Assembly (NCBI GenBank): GCA_017381015.1
Contig: JAFOCV010000045.1
Coordinates: 5,628-69,627 of the forward strand
Reading direction: 5' to 3'
Origin: Bacteroidaceae bacterium
GTDB lineage: Bacteria; Bacteroidota; Bacteroidia; Bacteroidales; Bacteroidaceae
DNA: 64,000 nucleotides
Shown: piece by piece, positions 19,002-25,863 of the stretch
Position numbering within the stretch: the first letter of the stretch is position 1
How the letters are laid out: every line of letters starts with the position of its first letter
Program-made: the position numbers and the translations under genes
The notes under the pieces: model-generated
The model's database searches: none
Told to the model about the DNA's origin: nothing
What the model saw: only the letters and a program-made list of their open reading frames with translations

Positions 19002-20021
19002 TCAGAGCTTGGCCATGAACTTTTCCTTGTTTATGATATAGCGGATGTGCTCGCCTTCGCCGATAAGGCCCTGCTCGTCGTGAGCCTCCACATGGAAGGT
19101 CAGTTTGCGACCTTCACGTGAAAGTAAGGTTGCATTAGCACTTACCTCCTTGCCCAAGGCAGTAGGCTTGACGTGTGATACAGATATCTGACTGCCCACG
19201 GTTGACTCGCCATCAGCCAACAACCCCTGTGCGCATAGCATGGCAGCATTCTCCATCAGAGCCACCATCATCGGTGTGGCAAATACTGGCAAATCTCCGC
19301 TACCCACGTTGCAAGCCAGGTGCTGTTCGCCCACGGTGATTGTACTAGTGTATGTCATCGCCTCCTTTAGCATATCGTTTATCTCCTCTCGGAAGTCATA
19401 GTGCAATGGTGTCTTATACACGTTGTAGCCCAATGCCTGGGCTGCATCCACATTGGCTTGAGAATCGTCCAGGAAAAGACATTCCGAAGGCTCTGCCCCC
19501 AATCGCTCCAGCACTGCCTGGAAAATATCTGCGTTGGGCTTGGCCATGTGCATCTCCTGCGAGAGGAACAGTTGGTCAAAATACTCCTCCGTCTTGCCGC
19601 CAAAGTGTTCCTCGGCGATGAACTGCCAATGGGCATCGTTGGTATTTGACAAGAGGTGCACGGCATAACCCTGTGTGCGCAATTGCTTTAGATACTCCAA
19701 CTTGTAGGCTGGTATCGTGAGCAAGCAATCATTCCATGCCTCCATCACCTGCTGCTCGGTGGTGCCTTCATGGCAATAGCTCTGTATGCCCTTGACAAAG
19801 TCATCGGTAGAGATATCTCCCGTCTGATACAGGTCCATGGCACCATTGGCCACCATACCGTCGCACAACGTAGCCTTTGCTCTGCCCTCTGTAGCGGCAC
19901 TGCTGGCTGGTTGGAGCAATGCCTTGGGGTCTGCTCCAAGGGCAGCAAAACTCTGCATGCTACGAGGCATGTCCAGGTCTATCAACACACCGCCCAGGTC
20001 GAATATTACATGTTTAATCAT
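19002..20021 (-). CDS. fusion protein: HAD-superfamily hydrolase + hotdog-fold thioesterase
   Basis: 339 aa. The N-terminal part carries HAD motifs (I: VIFDLGGVL; LSNTN; IV: FLDDSQANVDAA). The C-terminal ~125 aa match the small 'thioesterase family protein' pattern (GSGDLPVFATPMMVALMENA...STVGSQISVSHVKPT...GRKLTFHVEAHDEQGLIGEGEHIRYI). Confidence 0.75.
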   Translation of the reverse strand: MIKHVIFDLGGVLIDLDMPRSMQSFAALGADPKALLQPASSAATEGRAKATLCDGMVANGAMDLYQTGDISTDDFVKGIQSYCHEGTTEQQVMEAWNDCLLTIPAYKLEYLKQLRTQGYAVHLLSNTNDAHWQFIAEEHFGGKTEEYFDQLFLSQEMHMAKPNADIFQAVLERLGAEPSECLFLDDSQANVDAAQALGYNVYKTPLHYDFREEINDMLKEAMTYTSTITVGEQHLACNVGSGDLPVFATPMMVALMENAAMLCAQGLLADGESTVGSQISVSHVKPTALGKEVSANATLLSREGRKLTFHVEAHDEQGLIGEGEHIRYIINKEKFMAKL

Positions 20022-20538
20022 ATAGTTCTAGGTATTCGTAAGTATTTCCCACGATGGAGAGGTATCGTTCGAAGTCGTCCTTGCCTATCACCACCGTGCC
20101 TGTACAATCATTGGGATGAAAGCTGAGTGTCTCGGCCTCCTGCAGTGTGGCATCCAGAAAGAGATGCACATGATGCTCTTCGTCATTAATCAATCCGAAG
20201 GGCGAAACGCTACCGGGCTCCAATCCCAGATATTTCATCATACGCTCTGGAGAAGCAAAAGAGAGCTTGCCAGGCGCAGCCAATCCTCTGCTCTGCAAGG
20301 CAGCCTTCAACCTCTGCTCCAGGCTATGAATATCCAGATTGTGGTCGCAATGGTAACATACCAGATAGTGCTTATTACCCTTGTGGTTGCGCAAAAAGAT
20401 ATTCTTGCAATGCACACTCCCATCGTCCTTCCACCATCGCTTAGCCTCCTCAATGGTCTTACCCTCGGGGTGATTATAGTTGGTGAAAGGTATATCATGC
20501 TGACGCAAGTACGCCAATACTGTTTCTTCTCGTGTCAT
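20014..20538 (-). CDS. YbaK/ProX-type aminoacyl-tRNA deacylase domain protein
   Basis: 174 aa. The pattern is that of a prolyl-tRNA-synthetase-associated domain (HCKNIFLRNHKGNKHYLV..., GLEPGSVSPFGLIND). It overlaps the downstream HAD-thioesterase start by 8 nt. Confidence 0.75.
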   Translation of the reverse strand: MTREETVLAYLRQHDIPFTNYNHPEGKTIEEAKRWWKDDGSVHCKNIFLRNHKGNKHYLVCYHCDHNLDIHSLEQRLKAALQSRGLAAPGKLSFASPERMMKYLGLEPGSVSPFGLINDEEHHVHLFLDATLQEAETLSFHPNDCTGTVVIGKDDFERYLSIVGNTYEYLELYD

Positions 20539-20604
20539 AATTTAGTGTTTTTATATCAAGGGGCATCTTGTCCCCTTTATTGTGTCACCCCCTTTTACTG
20601 AGCA

Positions 20605-20612
20605 CAAAGTTA
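20605..20612 (-). promoter_or_regulatory. -7 promoter box (TAACTTTG on minus strand)
   Basis: The plus strand reads CAAAGTTA, 67 nt upstream of the ATG at 20538. Confidence 0.45.
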
Positions 20613-20623
20613 CAAAGAAATAT

Positions 20624-20660
20624 CAGATACACAAGTATTTTTTCCGCCTTTTTGTATCTG
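20624..20660 (-). terminator. hairpin terminator candidate for the hypothetical gene 20665-21432
   Basis: CAGATACA (20624-20631) pairs with TGTATCTG (20653-20660). The loop is T-rich and the hairpin starts 5 nt after the stop codon. Confidence 0.45.
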
Positions 20661-20664
20661 TCCT

Positions 20665-21432
20665 TTAGCCTTGGTCACTGTTTTTCGCTTCTCTCACTGA
20701 TGGTTGACGTTTCTTCGCCGCCATGTGTTGCCTGTAACTGGTGGTGATATCGGACAGCAACTTGTTTGTGCTACGGATAAATGCTGTTGCCTCCTCCGAT
20801 GGGTCGGTAATACTGAATATCCAGATAGCAGTCATAAACACTTCGTACAGCTCGTCCATCTGTCGGCGTATACGCTTGGTGCCCTGCTTACCTTGATTGA
20901 CTTTCTTGTCCGAGCGAGCATCCATCAGCGCCATGCATTGCTCGTTCAGGCGGTCCATATCATCCACCTCGCCTTGCAGACCCAGCGTCTGAATATGTTT
21001 ACTTAGAGGCTCTTTGCGCATACGACCTGCCATGATGCTCACTGCCTCAGACTTTAGGTGCTGAGTCCATCTCACCGTCTTGTAAAACTGCTTCAAAGCC
21101 AAGTACAGCGTCGTGGCAGCCTCCTTTTTCTCTGGCACAGGGTTCTTGCATGAAGCACGGATACTGGCCAGTATCACTCTCATCAACCTGGTCACGGTGG
21201 CATTCAACTCCACTATCTGCGCCGTCTCAATAGACGCTCTACTCTTCCTTGTCAGCTCATGCAACTTAACTTGCAATTCGCAATACTCCTGAAATATATC
21301 CACAGGCACATGAAGTTTCTCTACTCCTGCAGCCTTGACGTGCTCAATAGTGCGAGCACTCAGATGGCAGTAATCCAAGTTACTAATCCTGGTTGCCAAC
21401 GAAAAATTCTTGTATCTCAAGTATCTTCCCAT
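20665..21432 (-). CDS. hypothetical all-alpha protein (possibly DUF6261-like)
   Basis: 255 aa from the ATG (cat at 21430-21432); the ORF-track start is a TTG 5 codons upstream. The protein is predicted to be helical throughout and has no catalytic motifs. The loose resemblance to Bacteroidales DUF6261 proteins is from memory only. Confidence 0.5.
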   Translation of the reverse strand: MGRYLRYKNFSLATRISNLDYCHLSARTIEHVKAAGVEKLHVPVDIFQEYCELQVKLHELTRKSRASIETAQIVELNATVTRLMRVILASIRASCKNPVPEKKEAATTLYLALKQFYKTVRWTQHLKSEAVSIMAGRMRKEPLSKHIQTLGLQGEVDDMDRLNEQCMALMDARSDKKVNQGKQGTKRIRRQMDELYEVFMTAIWIFSITDPSEEATAFIRSTNKLLSDITTSYRQHMAAKKRQPSVREAKNSDQG

Positions 21433-21745
21433 AATATTTTTCTTCAATTAATTTTCTAAAATAGTATTATACATACCTTGGCAAGCACTTAGTAAAATTA
21501 CAAATCCCTTCTCATTGACCTCGTAACATGCTTTGTATACCACAAATTCGTTCCCAACGGCCTTCCTACTACTCTCGTAATATTCAAATTCGACCATCCG
21601 CTATGTCGAAATAGTATTTCTATTTCTCAAAAGCATTCAAACAACGTGTCAATAGGTAATCTGTTTTCACAAAATCATCATTCATGCAATACCAAAGGCT
21701 TGTGCAAATATACAACAATATTTTTACTATTAAAAAAGCTTATAT

Positions 21746-21923
21746 GTATAAATACATAATTTATATCACACAAGTAAAATATAATACGCATTCATACACT
21801 GTACTTTTTATTGGTTGCAAAATATATTCGTACAAATACGCCACCCTTTTTACTCTTAACAAAACTGTCGCGTATATATACATAATTTATTTTTCTATAG
21901 TAAAAATATACACGTATAAATAC
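21746..21923. repeat. four copies of a 10-bp quasi-palindrome GTAYAWATAC in AT-rich ORF-free DNA
   Basis: The copies are GTATAAATAC at 21746-21755, GTACAAATAC at 21830-21839, GTATATATAC at 21872-21881 and GTATAAATAC at 21914-21923. Two copies share the longer context GTATAWATACATAATTTAT. Confidence 0.6.
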
Positions 21924-22230
21924 ACAAGGTGTTAACACCACATAAAAAATGATTTTACGCATTTAAAAAGTAGTTCCCCAAGTCCAGAAACCGATTTTAA
22001 AAGTCTAAAAAACTATTCCAACATATTAAAAGCCTATTTCCAACATCACAACACCAGTTGCCACATCATCGGAATACTTTTCTAAAACTCCTACACCTAT
22101 TCCCCGCCCCTCCACATTGCATTATAAACCCACAACACCACTTCCAACCCACATAAAATGAAAAAAATAAATGGCAAAGAGCCCATCTAGAGCCACCAGG
22201 CCCCATCATCCATAATTTCCAGGATATCCC

Positions 22231-22370
22231 AGATTCTCCTAAGTCTTCCTAAACTCTAAACCACAAAATCATCATAGGTCTTCCTAGGACTTCCTAGGTC
22301 CTCCTAAGTTCTAAACCATAAAAATCCTCCTAGGACTTCCTAAAACCACCCAGAAAATCCTAAAACCACC
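22231..22370 (+). repeat. CCTAGG/CCTAAR short-period repeat array A
   Basis: About 12 degenerate 9-11-bp units, e.g. tcttCCTAGG acttCCTAGG tcctCCTAAG ... tcctCCTAGG acttCCTAAA. All units are in one orientation on a C/T-rich strand. Confidence 0.8.
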
Positions 22371-22465
22371 CTCCTTCCACCACTTCTTCTTACTCAGCCC
22401 TTTCGGTCTAAAGTACTCAGGTTCAGAAAAAGCAGATTATATTTGTTTTTTCGCTCACTTATTCG

Positions 22466-22473
22466 TACCTTTG
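22466..22473 (+). promoter_or_regulatory. promoter of the four-helix-bundle gene (-33 TTTG at 22442-22445, -7 TACCTTTG)
   Basis: The module is TTTG-N20-TACCTTTG. It reads tcgctcacttattcgtacctttg and recurs upstream of the TIR gene. Confidence 0.6.
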
Positions 22474-22487
22474 CTAAGAGAATGGTT

Positions 22488-22555
22488 CTCCTGAGCCCTA
22501 GGATTTCCTAGATTCTCCTAGGTCCTCCTTGTTCATCCTAGTCTCACCTAAAACA
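22488..22555 (+). repeat. CCTAGG short-period repeat array B
   Basis: The sequence is gagCCCTAGG atttCCTAG attctCCTAGG tcctccttg ttcatCCTAG tctcaCCTAAA. It lies between the promoter and the ATG at 22580. Confidence 0.75.
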
Positions 22556-22579
22556 ATAATCACCCAAAAACATCATACC

Positions 22580-23239
22580 ATGGAATATAACACAAAAGGA
22601 AAAGTCCTGAAAAAGGCCGTAGTATGGAAGAATCTCTTCTTCTACCGCAAAAGCGATGCTATATTCCAGCTTACGGTGGAGTTTTGCCGTCGTTTTCTCC
22701 CTGCTCATGGCGACCGCACAGTAGACCAGATGGTGCAGGCTGCCCGTTCAGGCAAACAGAATATAATAGAAGGCAGCGAGGATGGAATGACCAGTTCGGA
22801 GATGGAGATAAAACTGCTCAATGTGGCCAGAGGTAGCCTGCAGGAATTGAGAGAAGATTATATAGATTACCTAAACACCCACCACCTATGCCTATGGCCT
22901 GTCACAGAACCCAGGCAGGAGCGTCTGCGAGATTTCTGCCACTCTCACAACGATTTTGAAGACTATGCCCCCTTGGTAGATAAGATGAACGACGAGGAAT
23001 ATGCCAACCTGCTACTCACCCTATGCCACCAAACAGACAAGATGATGTGCTCCTATGTAGAGAAACTAGAAGAGCGCTTCGTCACCGAGGGAGGAATAAA
23101 GGAGCGTATGCACGCTGCACGTACGGGATATCGCCAACAACAAGACGAACACATGCTCCGCTTAGAAGAAGAAAACCGCCAACTACGTGCAGAAAACGAA
23201 AAACTCAAGAAGATGCTAGCAGAGCTAAACAAAATCTAA
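22580..23239 (+). CDS. four-helix-bundle protein (23S rRNA IVS / Avd-like fold) with C-terminal 'suffix' coiled coil
   Basis: 219 aa from the ATG at 22580; the ORF-track TTG start lies inside repeat array B. The motif QMVQAARSGKQNIIEGS...ARGSLQELREDY is typical of the four-helix-bundle family. The C-terminal part is heptad-rich (LRLEEENRQLRAENEKLKKMLAELNKI). Confidence 0.75.
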   Translation: MEYNTKGKVLKKAVVWKNLFFYRKSDAIFQLTVEFCRRFLPAHGDRTVDQMVQAARSGKQNIIEGSEDGMTSSEMEIKLLNVARGSLQELREDYIDYLNTHHLCLWPVTEPRQERLRDFCHSHNDFEDYAPLVDKMNDEEYANLLLTLCHQTDKMMCSYVEKLEERFVTEGGIKERMHAARTGYRQQQDEHMLRLEEENRQLRAENEKLKKMLAELNKI

Positions 23240-23269
23240 AGTCTTTTAGTATCCTGAATTTTCCAAAGC

Positions 23270-23452
23270 CCCCTCTAGGAAATCCTAGGTTTCGCTAGGT
23301 TACCCTAGGACCTCCTAGTACTTCCTAAAACTTCCTAAAACTTCCTAGAATCTCCTAGACTTTCACCTTACACCATCCTAGGCTATCCTAAGTCTTCCTA
23401 GAACCTCCTAGGCCCGCCTAGGATACCCTAAAACCAGATATCCATCTAGCGA
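23270..23452 (+). repeat. CCTAGG/CCTAAR short-period repeat array C
   Basis: About 16 consecutive units of 9-11 bp (one of 15). Twelve CTAG tetranucleotides fall within ~185 nt, e.g. aaatCCTAGG tttcgCTAGG ttacCCTAGG acctCCTAG tacttCCTAAA acttCCTAAA. Confidence 0.85.
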
Positions 23453-23564
23453 CAGATTAGAAAATCCTTAAAAAATCGCTCACTTATTAGTACTCAGACA
23501 TATCGTCTAAGTTACTTTCGCTCGGATTTTCCCATTTAAATTTGGAAAATCGCTCACTTAATCG

Positions 23565-23572
23565 TAACTTTG
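23565..23572 (+). promoter_or_regulatory. promoter of the TIR-WD40 operon (-33 TTTG at 23541-23544, -7 TAACTTTG)
   Basis: The module is TTTG-N20-TAACTTTG, 62 nt upstream of the ATG at 23634. The sequence tcgctcacttaatcgtaactttg is a near copy of 22451-22473. A decayed third copy lies at 23476-23497. Confidence 0.6.
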
Positions 23573-23633
23573 TCACTGTCTCACGCCGAAAAATTGTAAC
23601 AAACATAATCCTTAAATCAGACCGATATCAATA

Positions 23634-25154
23634 ATGAGCAACCAACAGAAAGATATATTCATCAGTTATTGCCGTCGCGACATTGATAAAGTTAAATGCT
23701 TCAAGAAAGAAATTGAGGACGAAACGCTGGCACAGTGTTGGATGGACCTGGAGGGTATTGAAAGTGGAAATCCTAAATTTACTAAAATGGTTATCCACGC
23801 CATCAACTCATGTCCAGTATTTCTCTTCATGCTCAGTGAGGCATCGCAGCAATCGGAAAATGCTCTAAAAGAGCTGGACTTTGCTTATGACAAATACCAT
23901 GAAGAAGGAAAGAAGGTCGTCATAGTATACATTGAGCCTTGTAAAATGAATGACGAATTAAAATTTGACTATAAAAAAGCCGACACTATTGACTGGCAGA
24001 ACACAATGCAACGTGAGAAACTCATTCTCGACTTAAAGAAATGGACAGGATACGAAGAGAAGGTAAAAAAGGATGAGAAAAATCATATTACAAAAGAAAG
24101 ATTGCAAACTATTCGCAAAGAAATAGAAGACATCAAGAACCATATAAACCATATAGATACAGAATTGATAACGCAAGAACATCAATTAATGGTTCTGCGC
24201 AATATAAAACATCAGGAGAGAGTTCTATTAACAAAATTGGCAGACGAGGAAGCTTTATTGATGGGTAAGCCACGTCCAATCCATTGCCATGCAAACATTC
24301 TTGAGGGACATACAAGAACTATATACTCTGCGGCATTCAGTCCGGATGGAAAACAAATTGTGTCTGCATCAGAAGATAAAAGCATACGTATTTGGGATAT
24401 GATGACTGGAGAATGCCTTTGGGTTATCAAAGGACATGCGGATGCCGTTTTCTCTGCATCATTCAGTCCGGATGGAAAGAAAATCATATCGGCATCTAGG
24501 AATGTACTCCGAATTTGGAATGCAGAAACAAAAGAATGCTTAAAAGTTCTCAAGGGAGGGGATTATGCAACTTTCAGCCCTGACGGGAAAGTCATCTTAA
24601 CAAGAGGATATGCAACTAGTCTCTTTATCCTAGATGCCGAAACAGGAGAACGAATCAATACGATAGAACATAAATCTTCTTTACGTCACGCTTCTTTCAG
24701 CCCTGATGGAAAAAACATTATCGCTGCATCTATGGATAACACCATTCGTATCTGGGATACCAAGACCGGGGAATGCATTAGAACAATTACAGAAAACGAA
24801 CTTCATTCTGCGACATTCAGCCCTGACGGGAATAGAATCTTATCGTCATCTGGGGATAACACCATTCGTATCTGGGATGCCAAGACAGGGAATATAATCA
24901 AAGCAATAAAAGGACATGAAGATTCTGTCTTTGAAGCATTTTTCAGTCCTGACGGAAAGAGAATTGTATCAACATCTTTGGACAAGACCGTCCGCATATG
25001 GGATGCTCAAACTGGAGAATGTATCACGCAGTTCGGAAACCAACTCACACCATACAAATTAATCAAACGGGCCACTTTAAGTCCAAACGAAGAAATAATC
25101 TTATTAATTATATCAGACAACACGATTCGCATCTCCGACATCCTCGAACACTAA
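23634..25154 (+). CDS. TIR domain / coiled-coil / seven-bladed WD40 repeat protein
   Basis: 506 aa. The TIR part has DIFISYCRRD and FLFMLSEASQQSENALKELDFA, with a candidate catalytic Glu80. Residues ~140-215 are a Lys/Glu heptad-rich coiled coil. Seven WD40 blades follow (GH..., FSPDGK x6, IRIWD x5). There is no Walker A motif. Confidence 0.85.
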   Translation: MSNQQKDIFISYCRRDIDKVKCFKKEIEDETLAQCWMDLEGIESGNPKFTKMVIHAINSCPVFLFMLSEASQQSENALKELDFAYDKYHEEGKKVVIVYIEPCKMNDELKFDYKKADTIDWQNTMQREKLILDLKKWTGYEEKVKKDEKNHITKERLQTIRKEIEDIKNHINHIDTELITQEHQLMVLRNIKHQERVLLTKLADEEALLMGKPRPIHCHANILEGHTRTIYSAAFSPDGKQIVSASEDKSIRIWDMMTGECLWVIKGHADAVFSASFSPDGKKIISASRNVLRIWNAETKECLKVLKGGDYATFSPDGKVILTRGYATSLFILDAETGERINTIEHKSSLRHASFSPDGKNIIAASMDNTIRIWDTKTGECIRTITENELHSATFSPDGNRILSSSGDNTIRIWDAKTGNIIKAIKGHEDSVFEAFFSPDGKRIVSTSLDKTVRIWDAQTGECITQFGNQLTPYKLIKRATLSPNEEIILLIISDNTIRISDILEH

Positions 25155-25188
25155 CCTCCTATCTGAATAAATTTTGATTTTACTTCAT

Positions 25189-25863
25189 ATGGAACTTTTA
25201 TCTTTTAAAAAAGCAAAAGAAACATTTGACGCAAATATATTTGAGCAGTCATGTAAGGATTTGTTTAGGCTAAGAGAAGAATTTGTCAATATATTCTCTA
25301 TTGATAAAATCGCATCTATGAAAATCGAAGAGTACGTTGTTGGATTACAAAGCCGAAATAGTTTCTGTTATTGGCTGGAACGCACCTTGCATAGTTTAGG
25401 CAATATTTCTGGGCAGGCAAGCTTTAAATTTGGCATTTGGTATTCTCCATCAAAAGAAACATACTGTTTCCAAGCAAAATTTGGAGACAATTATGAAGAA
25501 GCCTTCAAAAACGTCAAATCTGCAATATTAGAATTGCTTATTGCCGGCGAGAAAAAGGATTATAAATCCATCGCAAAAAATCCAATTAATTCTGCCATCA
25601 AAGGCAAGATTTTGGCTACATACTATCCAGATAAGTACATGAACATTTATGCATCCAAGCACCTTGACTATTATATGAAAGCTTTGGGAATTAGTTCTAC
25701 AGAATTACTTAAATCTGATGTGGTGTACAAAAGAGAGGCTTTGGTAAAATTCAAAAATAACGATGACGATATGAAGAACTGGAGCAATTATGTGTTTTCT
25801 GCATTCCTTTGGTCGCACTACCCCAAATCTCCAAGTAGAAATGGTATTAGTTTAAGAAACTAG
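25189..25863 (+). CDS. stand-alone protein resembling the N-terminal module of McrB-type (AAA+ GTPase) restriction proteins
   Basis: 224 aa from the ATG at 25189, 34 nt after the TIR-WD40 stop. The pattern IEEYVVG...NSFCYWLERTL..LGNISG....FKFGIWY...FG.NYEEAF..VK..I..LL.AG...DY..I....I...IKGKILATYYPDKYMNIY...HLDYYMKALGI matches my memory of the N-terminal region of many McrB-like ATPases. No AAA+ domain follows it. Confidence 0.55.
   Translation: MELLSFKKAKETFDANIFEQSCKDLFRLREEFVNIFSIDKIASMKIEEYVVGLQSRNSFCYWLERTLHSLGNISGQASFKFGIWYSPSKETYCFQAKFGDNYEEAFKNVKSAILELLIAGEKKDYKSIAKNPINSAIKGKILATYYPDKYMNIYASKHLDYYMKALGISSTELLKSDVVYKREALVKFKNNDDDMKNWSNYVFSAFLWSHYPKSPSRNGISLRN

Noticed and set aside
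21684-21935. 83-aa ORF (Tyr/Ile/Lys-rich) in the AT-rich block
   Set aside because: Its composition simply mirrors TA-rich DNA containing the GTAYAWATAC repeats. It has no promoter or start context, so I treat it as non-coding.
22580-23239. Possibility that the four-helix-bundle gene marks a diversity-generating retroelement (Avd)
   Set aside because: No reverse-transcriptase ORF and no template/variable repeat pair with adenine-specific mismatches could be found in the window.
22231-23452. Possibility that the CCTAGG arrays, or the 38374-38580 block, are CRISPR arrays
   Set aside because: The repeat period is 7-11 bp with no unique 25-40-nt spacers. The units are degenerate, and no cas genes or leader are present.
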